Below the pieces are notes generated by a model. The model was not told the origin of the DNA. It was given only the letters and a program-made list of their open reading frames with translations, and searched no databases. Made by a program: the position numbers and the translations under genes. Below are positions 20,963 through 35,056 of a stretch of DNA of 64,000 bases, in pieces (position 1 is the stretch's first letter; each line of letters begins with the position of its first letter). The DNA lies in the NCBI GenBank assembly GCA_030390025.1, contig CM059425.1, positions 167,836,001 to 167,900,000 on the forward strand. Reading direction: 5' to 3'. The DNA comes from Squalus acanthias. Taxonomy: Eukaryota.

Positions 20963-23900
20963 GGCCCAAAATTGCGATGTTGCTAATTTTGGTGTTGCTC
21001 CTGTTCATGGTGCCAACTAGCCCCTCCCATGAATAGGTTCTCAGCTGCTGGAAAATGGACAGTAGGAGTTCATCCAGAAGTGCAATTGGTTGATGAAGAC
21101 ATTCTGAACAAGGCAGCAGCTGTTAAAAGGACTACCACGGGCCCTCAAAGGGAAGTGCTTCTTTATGCATTTTGTGAGAATTTTTTGTGGAAGCTGCAAT
21201 GAAGTCAAGGGACAAATTAGGAAGGACTGTCCTTATTTAGGAAGAGAGAGCAGAGGAACTCATGCAGGAGGTGCAGCATAAGAGTTTAGGCTCTTTGGAG
21301 CAAAAGGCTACCACTCTTCAGTGAAAGCAGAGGTGCAAGCAGCATGGATGGAGGTAACAGAGAGAGTGAATGGTGTTCTCATTATCACATTGCGGTTTGT
21401 GGTACCTTGCTGTGCAAAAATTGGGTGCTTTGTTTCCTACATTACAACTGTGACTACACCTCAGAAGTTCTTCATTGGCTGTAAAGCATTTTTTTTTTAT
21501 TCGTTTATGGGATCAGGGCAACGCTGGCAAGGCCAGCATTTATTGCCCATCCCTAGTTGCCCTTGAGAAGGTGGTGGTGAGCTGCCTTCTTGAACCGCTG
21601 CAGTCCGTGTGGTGATGGTACTCCCACAGTGCTGTTAGGTAGGGAGTTCCAGGATTTTGACCCAGCGACGATGAAGGATTGGCGATATACTTCTAAGTCA
21701 GGATGGTGTGTGACTTGGAGGGGAACTTGAAGGTGGTGGTGTTCCCATGCGCCTGCTGCCTATGTTCTTCTAGGTGGTAGAGGTCGCGGGTTTAGGAGGT
21801 GCTGCCGAAGAAGCCTTGGGGAGTTGCTGCAGTGCATCTTGTAGATGGTACACACTGCAGCCACGGTACGCCGGTGGTGGAGGGAGTGAATGTTTAAGGT
21901 GGTGGATGGGGTGCCAATCAAGTGGGCTGCTTTGTCCTGGATGATGTTGAGCTTCTTGAGTGTTGTTGGAGCTGCACTCATCCAGGCAAGTGGAGAGTAT
22001 TCCATTACACTCCTTACTTGTGCCTTGTAGATGGTGGAAAGGCTTTGGGGAGTCAGGAGGTGAGACACTCGCCGCAGAATACCTAGCCTCTGACCTGCTC
22101 TTGTTGCCACAGTATTTATGTGGCTGGTCCAGTTAAGTTTCTGGTTAATGGTGACCCCCAGGATGTTGATAGTGGGGGATTCGGCGATGGTAATTCCATT
22201 GAATGTCAAGGGGCGGTGGTTAGACTCTCGCTTGTTGGAGATAGTCATTGCCTGGCACTTCTGTGGCACGAATATTACCTGCCACTTATCAGCCCAAGCC
22301 TGAACGTCATCCAGGTCTTGCTGCATGCGGGCATGGACTGCTTCATTATCTGTGGAGTTGTGAATGGTGCTGAACACTGTGCAGTCATCAGCGAACATCC
22401 CCATTTCTGACATTATGTTGGAGGGAAGGTCATTGATGAAGCAGCTGAAGATGGTTGGGCCTAGGACACTGCCCTGAGGAACTCCTGCAGCGATGTCCTG
22501 GGGCTGTGATGATTGACCTTCAACCACCACGACCATCTTCCTTTGTGCTAGGTATGACTCCAACCAGTGGAGCATTTTCCCCCTGATTCCCATTGACTTC
22601 AGTTTTACTAGGGCTCCTTGATGCCACACTTGGTCAAATGCTGCCTTGATGTCAAGGTCAGTCACTCTCACCTCACCTCTGGAATTCAGCTCCTTTGTCC
22701 ATGTTTGGACCAAGGCTGTAATGAGGTCGGGAGCCGAGTGGTCTTGGCGGAACCCAAACTGGGCATCAGTGAGCAGGTTATTGTTGAGTAAGTGCTGCTT
22801 GATAGCACTGTCGATGACACCTTCCATCACTTTGCTGATGATTGAGAGTAGACTGATGGGACGGTAATTGGCCGGATTGGATTTGTCCTGCTTTTTGTGG
22901 ACAGGACATACCTGGGCAGTTTTCCACATTGTCAGATAGATGCCAATGTTGTAGCTGTACTGGAACAGCTTGGCTAGAGGCGCGGCTAGTTCTGGAGCAC
23001 AAGTCTTCAGCACGATAGTTGGGATGTTGTCGGGGCCCATCCCCTTTGCTGTATTCAGTGCGCTCAGCCGTTTCTTGATATCACGTGGAGTGAGTCAAAT
23101 TGGCTGAAGACTGGCTTCTGTGATGGTGGGGACCTCGGGAGTAGGCCGATTTGGATCATCCACTCGGCACTTCTGGCTGAAGTTTGTTGCAAGCGCTTCA
23201 GCCTTGTCTTTGGGACGTCCTGAGGGTGTGGGACTTATTTAGAGGAAATTGAGGCAGGAAGCCAGGAGTTCCCTCCTTATTACAGGCACTGACCCAGATC
23301 CGCCCATTCAGAAAAGTGCTGCAAATGCCAGAGCAACTAGAGTGGGTGGAGATTTGACTTAGCAGGTCTTAACCCCATTTTCCTCTCCATAGTGTCTGGG
23401 AATTGAAAGTTCTCTAGGGGCTGCAAAGTTGAAAATCAGCCTTCTGAAGTATTCCTTTAGTGCCCTCAATGTCTGCTCAATAAGGACAATTGATTCATTT
23501 ATATACCATGTTCTATCTGTTCCCTGTTAGAGTACAGAGTTGTGCAGATGTGTCATCAGGCATATTTGTACCACATGATCCTTAATCTTAAAGGAGCCAG
23601 CCCCCTTCCTCCCATCTCCTTCAAATAAACATGTGACATTTCATTCATGCATGTTCACAAGAAATATGCATTGATATTATTTTCTGGCAAGGGTCACATA
23701 CCATTTGCACATTGTTGGAATAATATAATTTCCTGTTTCATTATTCCATTGGGTTATTGGTAGGTGTGCAGATGACTATATATGTACAGTCAATGATGTC
23801 TATACCTTGGGGAAACCATGAATATTGAAAATCTTTTGCTGCCTCTGCTCCTGCTGCTGCTGCTGGTCCCTGCAGAAGTTTATATGGGTGGGTCCATGGC

Positions 23901-24110
23901 AAAATAGGCTTTCCGTTATCTGCTTACTGCAGTACCAGGTGGCATACCAACTGTGTCCTGTGATGTTTTCTGTAGGTATCTGGAAGGTACCTGTGACATA
24001 AAAAGAGAACATGGACGACCAACAATGCCACAGCCAGCGGAGTGTGGATGGTTGACTGTGCCCATAGTTCTTTGTGGACTGGATGGCATATTTCAATCAT
24101 TGGAACATAT
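20963..24110. mobile_element. Old degenerate Harbinger (Myb-like remnant + at ~21220-21390; transposase remnant - at ~23450-24110), interrupted by SINE/LINE
   Basis: AAWMEVTERVNG; minus-strand FYVTGTFQ...GFPKV*DIIDCTY, GWLL*D*G and IEQT. Confidence 0.55.
21489..23212 (-). mobile_element. CR1/Jockey-group LINE, 5'-truncated, with an uninterrupted 426-aa RT frame (21760..23040)
   Basis: GPDNIP, NYRPISLLS, QFGFR, LDIKAAFD, GVPQGSVLGP, FADD, ILGV; 3' tail shared with the SINE at 57566-57991. Confidence 0.9.
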
Positions 24111-25381
24111 GAACAGGAGTAGGACATTCAGCCCCTCAAGCCTGTTCCGCCATTTAGTTAGATCATGGCTGGTCTGTACCTCAACTCCATTTACCCCCTT
24201 TGTTTTTAAGCTATGAGGATGACTCAGAGAAGCAGCATTAACAGATGAAAGGGCCGTTGCCACTTTCTACCAGTCTTGCTTACCTGTTTACTAATTAAGA
24301 CATTCAAATTAAGACCTAGAAGAAAATATAATGGCTGATTCTGTGCTCCCAGCAGGAAGCGGTGATTGCAGGGAGCATAGGACAGGACATCGTGGACACA
24401 CAGAAAAGTTGCGTGCTCGCAGCTTCCTGCCATGCTCTCCTTGTGAGCACCCCTCCACTGGAATTGCAGAAGACTTATTATTCTAGGTTATTACAAGAAT
24501 CCTTAAAAGAAGTTGAACCCGCCTTGAAACCTTCATTAAAACATTTTTTGAGAGAATATATTCCTAATTAATGTATGAGTTCATCTTCATTAATTAGAAA
24601 GCAGACAATTTGTGTTATTTCATTATGTCCCTGTGGAATTATTTTCCACAGCAACCAGGTGTTCAAATCTTTCTCTGGAGGAAGCAAATCACATTGAAAT
24701 TGTGAATAATAACCTCTGGTTGGTACAAAATTAAGATTATAATGGAGCAATGATGCATTTCAGTATCTTCATACAAAGTTCACCTGACTCCAATCTAAAC
24801 AGTTTGACTCTGATTTTAAGGTGTAGTTCTAGAAAAACCAGCTGGTTCTTTTACTGATATTTAAATAAATACTATGGATACTGGCAACCAGAGGAGGAGA
24901 ATCAATGTTAGCTTGCAGTTCCAGAGAGAGAATAAACACATCTGTAGTATTTCTGCAAAATGGTATGAAAAAGAGATGATTAAATCCTTCCTTCAGTGAA
25001 AAATAGCAGGATATAATTGATAACAAGCTGTTCTGTAATAATAAATGCTTTATGTACCAATTAAATATAATGAAACACCGTGAGAAAAGTACATTTTGGC
25101 CCATCTAGCCCACTGGATAGTCTTGTAGTTAGCCATGCATTTTAACTTTTAAATTCATGTAATGGTTTTGATAAATGTAATAAATTTTAATATTGCAAAG
25201 CCTTTTGGGAGTAATAATTCAAATTACAGGCAATTAGGTCTTTTAGAAACAAGCAGTAACAGGTCATAGTGATTTTGAACACCTATTAAATCTCCCTTAA
25301 TTTTCTCTGCTCTAAGGAGAACAACCTCGGTTTCTCTAGTCTCGCCACATAACTGAAGTCCCGCATCCATGGTAAAATTCT

Positions 25382-25822
25382 GAGAGATTTAGTAGATTGG
25401 GCCGATACTCTCTGGAGTTTAGAAGAATGAGAGGTGATCTCATTAAATCATGCAAGATTCTGAGGGGGATTGACAGGGTAGATTCTGAGAGGCTATTTCC
25501 CCTGGCTGGAGAGTCTAAAACTAGGGGGCATAGTCTCAGGATAAGGGGTCGGCCATTTAAGACTGTGATGAGGAGGAATTTCTTCACTCAGAGGGTTGTG
25601 AATCTTTGGAGTTCTCTACCCCAAAAGGCTGTGGATGCTGAATCCTTGAGTATATTCAAGTGTTGAGAGAGATTTTTGGACTCTAGGGGAATCGAGGGAT
25701 ATTGGGATTGGACGGGAAAGTGGAGTTGAGGTGGAAGATCAGCCATGATCTTATTGAATGGCGGAGTAGGCTTGAAGGCCCATATGGCCTACCCCTGCTC
25801 CTAATTCCTATGTTCTTATGTT
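25382..25822 (+). mobile_element. CR1 LINE 3' fragment
   Basis: YSLEFRRMRGDLI...KTRGHSL...FFTQRVVNLW; TTCCTATGTTCTTATG tail. Confidence 0.85.
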
Positions 25823-26059
25823 ATTATAGTCATTATTCAAGCATAAAGGCAGCAATTCATTTAACCCAATGTCTTAAATTCCCAGCATTAGTATGTTAAG
25901 AGAATCCAATAAGAAGCTGGCTGCCATTATTCAAATCTACTGTCCCAATCGGCCGGCTCATGTATTATATTATAAGCAAATAAAATTGCCATATTAAGCT
26001 GATGATGGTAATGCAACAAAATGAAGTCCAGAAGGGAGCATTGGCCACTTGTATTCTTA

Positions 26060-26888
26060 GGGGGCGATTTTGTGACTGGGGGCGCATTGGAGGCGGGACT
26101 GCTGCTTGTCGGGTCGATGTCCCGCCTCCATCAATTTGTGGCCAACCCACGCTATTTTCCCTTGATTGACCTTGTTAAGCCCGCCCAGCGGACTTAGCAG
26201 GCCAATCAAGGGAAAGCCGGTTGCAGAGCACGTCAACGTATGACGTTTCATCTGTCAAAAATTTTTGACAGATGAATTGTCATCGTTTGACAGCTCTGTG
26301 AAGCTGTCAAACAGTGACATTCTCTGCAGTTTGATGAGGTCTTGAATACAAAACCCCATCAAACTTCTTTCTTTAACAGAATTGAGATGGTTGTTGCATC
26401 TGTAAATGCAACGGCCACCTGTCAATCCCAACGCGGAGGTCCGAGAGTCTCCGCATACAAACCGACTGAAGCCTGCAGGAAGAAACGAAGGTAAGTACAC
26501 TTTTAAAAACACTTTGCATTTACCTCAGATCCTCACCTCTACACTCTTGCACCCATCACTTACCTTCACACCACACTTTAGCAGCCCCCCGACCCCTGCA
26601 GACCCAGTACTCGCCTTGCTGAGCTGGCGTGTTTTGGAGCCTTCGGGAAGCCTGCACTTGTGAGGGCAAAAAGGGGATAATCCTATTTTCTGCCTGTTAA
26701 CTACCTGTTAATAGGCTTTAATCCCTTCCCGCCTCCAAGGAGACAGGATCCAGCGCGGGATGGCTACCCGTCTCCTGGGAAGATGGCATGGAGGCGGATT
26801 GGGGGCGGGTAGCTGTCCTGCCATTCTGCCATTTTCCCGGCAGTCCCGCCTGCATACCCGCCTCCCCAGGGCTGGCAAAATCGCCCCC
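26060..26888. mobile_element. Harbinger-type MITE with internal palindromes
   Basis: Perfect 13-bp TIRs GGGGGCGATTTTG / CAAAATCGCCCCC; flanks TTA/ATA. Confidence 0.8.
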
Positions 26889-26987
26889 ATAGTCTAAACA
26901 TTTTGTTATTGTTAAATATTTTATCAAACATTACAACACTTTCTTAGGAACAGGCCATCAATACCAACACCAGAAAGAGGAGAAATT

Positions 26988-27657
26988 GGCCCAGAATTTG
27001 CAGTCAGCGTTGATGCAAAGACGTTCGCCGCTGGCCCCGAAGTAAGCTTCTCGCGATCTCTGTGTCGAGCAGTTTGGGTTTTCCAACGTTCATTTCAAAT
27101 CACCAGAGTATTGTGGGAATCCCATAGTGCGAGCTGCTGTGACATCAACAAGCTGTTTAAGGAGCCAATCAAAACGCAGAATTCTCACAGACAGCGAACT
27201 GGGAAGTGGGTAAGCTCTTAAAATTCTAACTTTTTAAAAATGTTAGAGAGAGCAAAACAAAGATTGGGGCTCTCACATGGAGAAAAGGCAAACCTGAAAT
27301 AAAGGTGAACAAACTTTTTAAAAACAATTACATATTTTTTAAAGTTTCTTAAAATTTTATTAAAATGGATAAATTTGATACTGTAAAAAATAAAAATTAG
27401 TTTTTTCGGGCCATAACCTTTGTTTAGCAGTCAATACGCTGTTAAAACCCCAGTTACACCTAATCCCTTTTAGTGGGGAATTTAACAGCGTAATTACTGC
27501 GGAAGAGCCGAAGTTTTCATCAGTTTCCCTGATTTGAGAGATTTCACTGATTGCCGGCACTCCACACCCGCTAAATCCTGAAGTTGCGGTCAGTTTCAAA
27601 GGCGAAATGACAGTGAACGTTGCCAGTTCGCCATCATCAGGACCGCAAGTTCAGGGC
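26988..27657. mobile_element. Harbinger-type MITE
   Basis: Imperfect TIRs GGCCCAGAATTTGCAGTC / GACCGCAAGTTCAGGGC; flanks ATT/ATA. Confidence 0.55.
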
Positions 27658-28289
27658 ATATGTATAGATAATAAGAGCAAAAAACATTAATAGAGGACTA
27701 AAACTTGGTTTAACTGCCTAAGGTTGTCCGAAAAGGCTCAATGACTTAAAATGACTTGTGGAAAACAAAATGTAGTGTAATGCTCAAAAAGCAAAAGCAC
27801 ATTGCATGGTGCAATTCATGAAGCAAGGTCTAACTTGGCCAGAGGAACCAATTATAGAAATCTTCATACAAAAGCATCTTCATGATTGTACCTGGCATCC
27901 AAACACCCACCCCAGAATTCCAGATGTCTGATAAGTTTACAGAACAGTTTTTCCTTCTATGAAATCCCCAGTAAAGTAAAAGTAGTTGTAAAAGCAATCT
28001 TCATACATGTAACCTCTGCAAGGATGCTGAAAATTACCTTTAAAGTCTCTCATATTTATGTAATACTTTTACATTCAACATTTGCACTTCATGTCCCTTT
28101 GCACATGTCTTTTAAATGCATCTGTATTTGTCTGTCCTCAGTTTCATAGCATGTCTAGAAATAAATAACTATTTATATGTTGTCCATTTATTGTCAGAGA
28201 AATCACTGCACTCCTACACCACTCAATCATTGGTCAAGAAACTGGACGAATTCCCTTCACTTCCTCAAATAGTGCCATGGGATCTTCAT

Positions 28290-29142
28290 TTGGACAGGTT
28301 GGGTGATTGGGCAAATGCAGCATAATGTGGATAAATGCGAGGTTATCCACTTTGGTGGCAAAAACAGGAAGACAGATTATTATCTGAACGGCAATAGATT
28401 GGGAAAAGGGGAAGTGCAATGAGACCTGGGTGTCCTTGTGCACCAGTCGCTGAAGGTAAGCATGCAGGTGCAGCAGGCGGTTAAGAAGGCAAATGGTATG
28501 TTGGCCTTCATAGCGAGAGGATTCGAGTACAGGAGCAAGGATGTCTTGCTGCAGTTGTACAGGGCCTTGGTGAGACCACACCTTGAGTATTGTGTGCAGT
28601 TTTGGTCGCCTTATCTGAGGAAGGATGTTCTTGCCATGGAGGGAGTGCAGCGAAGATTCACCAGACTGATACCTGGGATGGCAGGAATGACGTATGAAGA
28701 GAGATTGGGTCGATTAGGCTTATATTCGCTAGAGTTCAGAAGAATGGGAGGGGATCTCATTGAAACTTATAAAATTCTAACAGGACTAGACAGACTAGAT
28801 GCAGGAAGGATGTTCCCGATGGCGGGGAGTCCAGAACCAGGGGTCACAGTCTAAGGATAAGGGGTAAGCCATTTAGGACTGAGATGAGGAGGAATTTCTT
28901 CACCCAGAGAGTGGTGAACCTGTGGAATTCTCTACCACAGAAGGCAGTTGAGGCCAATTCATTAAATATATTCAAGAAGGCGTTAGATATATTTCTTAAG
29001 GCTAAAGGGACCAAGGGATATGGGGAGAAAGCAGGGACAGGGTACTGAATTTGGATGATCAGCCATGATCTCATTAAATGGCGGAACAGGCTCGAGGGGC
29101 CGAATGGCCTATTCCTGCTCCTATCTTCTATGTTTCTATGTT
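28290..29142 (+). mobile_element. Young CR1 (HER1-like) LINE 3' fragment
   Basis: ORF 28438..28854 (QQAVKKANGMLAFI...RPHLEYCVQFWSPY); TTTCTATG tail. Confidence 0.9.
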
Positions 29143-29260
29143 TCAATGTCTTCCTGAGTATACAAAAAGCACCTTGCTTTAATGTCTCACCCACACACAG
29201 TACTTCCTATAATAAAGCCCTGCACTGGAGTATCAGCCTGAACAATGTGCTTGAGTCCTG

Positions 29261-31004
29261 GGGCTGAATTTTGCCAGCGCTCAGAGTGCGGGTTTGGAGG
29301 TGGATCTGCTGTCAAAATCACAAAGATTGATAGCGGGTCGGTATCCTGCTGTAAACCCGCCTCCTTGTCAGTTTCCCAAGTATCGGGTCTGTCATCCCTG
29401 AACAGACCTGACACCAAGCGGCGGGTCAGTCAATTTAGATACTTAAGAGCTTATTAAAAGGTAGTTAAGAACCATTTTCCCATGCACTTACCATTTTACC
29501 AGGTTTTCAACGACGTTCCCGGAGAGCGGCTATCATGTCAGGGAAGTATGTTGTGTTCTCAATGACTCTCCATTGCTGTGAATAGGTGAAAGCTGCAAAA
29601 GTGGTATAAAACCTACCATTTCACAGCTGTTCACCTCCCAATCTTAGAAACTGGAGCATTAATGATTTGGAACCCACTTTTGAGCTTTATGCACTTTTGA
29701 AGTGTTTGGAGTCATCTCTCTATCCAGTGTCACCTCCATGGAACAACTTATCTCAACATTGACAGCTTGCTTCTGTCATCCCAACCTCACCTGCCATCTA
29801 TTCCATCAGCATCGGTGCCCTTGAAAAAATCTCAATTTGGTCCTCAGAATCCCAAAACGATCAGCCCCAACACCAGCATCACCGGGCACACCAGCAGCAC
29901 CAACATCCACACCAACCTTCTCCACAATCAATCGATGCTGCACTGGACACAGGGCATCATCACCAGTGCACATTGCTGCCCGGGACGCCAGCGGAAGCCT
30001 CACCATATCCAGATTTGCTTCATTTAACACTGAACACCCTGGCTGCCACATGATGCATCAGGTTGGCACCACCCCACACCAGTACCTTACAATGTCTAAG
30101 CCATTCCTTTCGCATTCATCACCATTGGGGGTGGGGGGACGTTATGTCTCACCGTTCACTGCAACTCACGAAGATACTTTCAAAGGTGCACACAAATCTG
30201 TCCAAGAAGGCAAAGTGGTGACAATAAGGATTTCAATGCATGACAACACGATAACAGAAAGTTTACATGAACATTGGCTAAAACACGCAAGTGCCGACCC
30301 TTGTGTGTTGTTAGTTGGTATGATTGGACTAGGATGAGGGTGAGTGTGAGGGGTGGCTTGTGAGATGGAGAAGTGATAATGTAGAGAGAGAGGGATGGGT
30401 GGAGGTGCAAGGTAAGTTGGTGTGAGTAAGAATGTGCAGGGGTAGGGTAGGGTAGGTAGAGTGATGGGGATGTGATGAGAGGCACAGCAGGATGAGGTTG
30501 AGTGTGGCTTTGCAGTAACGTTTCCTGATCTACTGAGATCATTGAAAGGTTTGCGCCACTGCAGCCTGGTCCTCCTGACGACATTCCTGCTTGTGTCCTC
30601 CTGTGCAATGTGCAACTAGGCTGCGTTGGTGTTCTGGGGAGGTGTCTTCTGCCCATTAGAAGGGAAGAGAACGTTCTTACATGCTGTGACTCCCTCCATA
30701 AGCATATGGAGGGAGTCATGGGAGCGCCTTGGTGCAGCCGTGCACCTTTGTGCAGTGCTTGTCCGTGTTTGCAGCACCTCAATGCTGCAGAACACTGACA
30801 GCAGAACTGTCAAAAGCAATTTGGACATCAAATGACGTCATCAGACCCGCTTCCTATTAATTAGCCGGGAACCTCGCAGGACGGGCTTAAGAAGCCCAAT
30901 CAAAGTAAAATCTTGTTGGAGGCCGGTATCGACACAGATGTGAGATCCTCACACGCCACGGATGTTGCCCGCCATGGACCCGCCGAGGTTGGAAAATCCA
31001 GCCC
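29261..31004. mobile_element. Non-autonomous Harbinger (double internal deletion), inserted in a degenerate SINE
   Basis: TIRs GGGCTGAATTTT / AAAATCCAGCCC; CTG duplicated at 29258-29260 and 31005-31007; fused transposase termini and Myb exon 1 (RRTRLQWRKPFNDL). Confidence 0.8.
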
Positions 31005-31254
31005 CTGGTGTGGGACCCAAATCAACAATTTAACCAGAGATGAGTGTGCTAGCAACTGAGCCTAACATGACAAACAACAATACAATACACTACAACAGGT
31101 GATCATCCACACTTTCCAGCAATAGTTACCGCAAAACCATTGGCAATAGGGATCCTGGTTTATTGTTTACCATCCCTAGTCTGGGGATTTGTGGCCAATT
31201 TCAATTTTTCTCCACTTGAGACCAATTGACTTCTGCCTGTCCAACCCTGCCCTG

Positions 31255-33960
31255 ACATAAAAACATAAGAATTAGGAGCAGGAGTAGGCCATATGGCCCT
31301 TCGAGCCCACTCCGCCATTCAATAGGATCATGGGTGATCTTCGACCTCAACTCCACTTTCCCGCCTGATCCCCATATTTCTTGATTCCCCTAGAGTCCAA
31401 AAATCTATTTCTCTCAGCCTTGAGTATAATCAATGACTCAGCATCCACAACCCTTTCAGGTAGAGAATTCCAAAGATTCACAACCGTGAGTGAAGAAATT
31501 CCTCTTCATCTCAGTCTTAAATGGCCGACACCTTATCCTCAGACTATGCCATAGTTCTAGACTCTCCAGCCAGGGGAAACAACCTCTCAACATCTACCCT
31601 GTCAATCCCCGTCCGAATTTTATATGTTTCAATGAGATCTCCTCTCATTCTTCTAAACTGCAGAGAGTATAGGCCCAATCTACTCAATCGCTCCTCAAAG
31701 GACAACCCTCTCATCCCAGGGATCAATTTAGTGAACCTTTGTTGCACTGCCTCCAAGGCAAGTACGTCCTTTCTCAGATAAGGAGACCAAAACTGTGCAC
31801 AATACTCCAGGTGTGGTCTCACCAAAGCCCTGTGCAATTGTAGTAAGTCTTCCTTACTCTTATTCTCCAACCCCCTTGCAATAAAGGCCAACATGCCATT
31901 TGCCTTCTTAATTGCTTGCTGTACCTGCATGCTAACTTTCTGTGTTTCCTGTACGAGACACCTAAATCTCTCTGAACACCAACATTTAATAGTTTCTCAC
32001 CATTTAAAAAATATTTTGTTTTTCTATTCTTCCTACTAAAGTGAATAACCTCACATTTTCCCACATTATACTCCATCTGCCACCTTATTGCCCACTCATT
32101 TAACCTGTCTATATCCCTTTGCAGGCTTTTTGTGTCCTCCTCACAGCTTACTTTCCCACCTAGCTTTGTATCGTCAGCAAACTTGGATACATTACACTCG
32201 GTCCCTTCATCTAAGTCATTAATATAGATTGTAAATAGCCGAGGCCTAAGCACTGATCCTTGTGGCACTCCACTAGTTACAGCCTGCCAACCAGAAAATG
32301 ACCCTTTTATCCCTACTCTCTGTTTTCTTTCCGTTAACCAATCCTTTATCCATGCTTTTACATTACCCCCAACCCCATGAGCCCTTATCTTGCATAGCAA
32401 CCTTTTATGTGACACCTTATCGAATGCCTTTTGGAAATCCAAATATATTACATCCACTGGTTTCCCTTTATCTACCCTGCTAGTTACATCCTCAAAAAAC
32501 TAATAAATTTGTTAAACACGATTTCCCTTTCATAAAATCATGTTGACTCTGCCTTACCGTATTATGATTTTCTAAGTGCCCTGTTACCACTTCCTTAATA
32601 ATGGATTCCAGCATTTTCCCGATGACTGATGTCAGGCGAACTGGCCTATATTCCCTGTTTTCTCTCTCTCTCCTTTCTTGAATAGCAGGGTTACATTTGC
32701 TACCTTCCAAGCTGCTGGGACCGTTGAATTGAAACCCCTGCCTTCCACACTACTCTTTGAGCCACGCATTTAACTCTCTGATCTGCTTGTCCCTATGCCA
32801 ATTTGCACGTGGCTCAGGTAACAATCCAGAGATTATTACCTTTGAGGTTCTGCTTTTCAATTTGGACCCTAGCTCCTCAAACTCTCTCAGCAGAAGCTCA
32901 TTCCTAGTTCTACCTATGTTGTTGGTTCTGAGATGGACCACGACAACTGGATCCTTCCCCTCCCACTCCAAATTCTTCTCCGGCCACGAGGAGATATCCT
33001 TAACCCTGGCACCGAGCAGGCAACACCACCTTCAGAACTCCCGGTCGCAGCTGCAGAGAACAGTATCTATCCCCCTGACTATACTGCCCCTACCACTACA
33101 ACATTCCTTTTCACTCCCCCCACTTGAATGGCCTCCTGTACCACAGTACCATAGTCAGTTTGCTCATCCACCCTGCAGACATTGCCCTCATCCACACAGG
33201 CAGCAAGAACCTCATACCTGTTGAATAAGGGCAAAGGCTGATGCTCCTCCAGCACTGCACCTGGGGTCCCCTCACCTGCCTGAGTTGCAGTCACATCCTC
33301 CTGTCCCTGACCACTAACCAGACCTGTACCACTACCTAACCTAAGGAGTGTGACTGCCTCCTTGATAAAGGTGTCCAGGTAACTCTCCCCCTCCCTGATG
33401 CCCCGCAATGTCTGCACCTCGGACTCCAGCTCAACAAATCTGACCTGAAGTTCCTCGAGATGCAAACACTTACTGCAGACGTGGTCGTCTGGGATTGCGA
33501 TGCTCTCCACAAACTCCCACATGCTGCAGTTGCGACCAACCACCTACACTGCCATCCCTTTATAACCTTGTTTTATTTATTTAGTTAATTAAAATTTATG
33601 TATTTCATTAACTTAGTTTATAGTTTAGTTTTTAACTAATTACTAGATCTAGTTTAAGTTCTAGGTAGATGAAATTAAATATTTACCTGTAACACAAAGC
33701 ACTACAAGTATTGGAGGCAAAAAGCAGCACCTCCTTCCCCCTCTGCTCCGAATTCCCAATCTCTCCAAATTCCCAAGTTTAACACTGTTTAGAAGCACTC
33801 TGTGCAGACCACTCTGCGCATCAGCAGATAGTGTTTACTTTTATACCCTTGGAGCCACACCCAAGTTACAAGTGGTGTCTCAGCTCCCTGCTCACAGTAA
33901 TTTTCACCTATTCAAGACAAACACTTATAGCTGACTGACAGTTAACTGCCACTGACAGGC
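31255..33960 (-). mobile_element. CR1 LINE with 5' region, ORF1 (zinc finger/leucine zipper + SGNH esterase) and RT/3' end; endonuclease region deleted near 32725
   Basis: CSMWE...HVCSKC..LEELQVRFVELESEV; VVVVHLRTNNIG...VIISGLLP; VIYLDFQKAFDKV, GVPQGSVL, FADD; frameshifts. Confidence 0.85.
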
Positions 33961-35056
33961 AGTTTCTGTTAACTACAGTTTTTAAAGTTCTAAGTTAAAC
34001 TCAAAGGGCTAGAAATTGGGCACCTTAGTGCCTCCGTTATCGCCTCTGGGGGGTGATAATGGGGCAATAACGACATACCGCCCGGGTGTGGCGAGATGAA
34101 CGACTCCTGCTAACTTGGCCGGGATGTTTGCGGTGGCGGTGACTCTCTGCTCCACAATCTCCTGTGCCCGGAGATCATGACGTCAATTGCCGTGCACATC
34201 ACCCCAGTAGCACCCTGGACCCGAAATTCGGTTCCGCCACCAGCAGCATCGCCGGGTGAAAACACCAATAGCTGCAGGAGGCGTTGTTCGGGAGGCCGTG
34301 TGCTTTGGAGGTGAAAGTTAAAGGGGAGGTTGCCAAGGTAAGTAGCAACATTTCTGAAAAATTTTTGTCCAATTTTTTTCAATTCTCCTGGGCTTCGATC
34401 GATCAGCCCGGCACTCTGCTGGAGTGTATGGGGTTGATTGGGCCAGATCGCGGCAGCCGTCGGGGACCAGCTAACTGGCCCCAATGCAGAGCCTGCAGCG
34501 ATGGCCCTTCCCTTTAAAGAAGGGAAGGAGCGGCAGATCGCGGTAGTGCTACACGGGACATTGTGCAGCGCTGCACCTCTACCACCCCGCCTGTGTCCTT
34601 TAGTGCTCCAGGAAGGAAGTGGAGTGCTTGATTTAATCCAATCCAACAGCGCATGCCAAATCCCACCCCTCCCCCCGCAGCGCCGGCGCTAACAGTTATC
34701 GGTGGGAGCCTCAACACCAGGTGGATCGTGACGTCAGTGCGTGTGCAATGCTCACTGGCCACCCGATCTGCGAAATTGATTGTTGCCACCTACCTTAGCG
34801 CATGGAGGAAACAGCGACAGGGAAAGCTGGTGTGAAGCAACAGGAAGATGGCCCCAGGGACGTTATTTAAAGGGATCATCAGTAATGAGTCACAGCTGTT
34901 GGGTAGTGGAGTTTCAGTGCTTTCTGGTCAGTTTCACATAGTGCAACAGTCTCATTCCATAATTTCAATGTTATTTAGTATCAGGTGTGTTGTGGCAACT
35001 AAAAAGTAGCTACATTTATTCTTTAAAAAATCAGACTGCTACACTTGGTTACATTA

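Noticed and set aside
23800..24096. Poly-Gln ORF as a host exon
   Set aside because: It translates as a decayed Harbinger transposase (FYVTGTFQ...GFPKV*DIIDCT)
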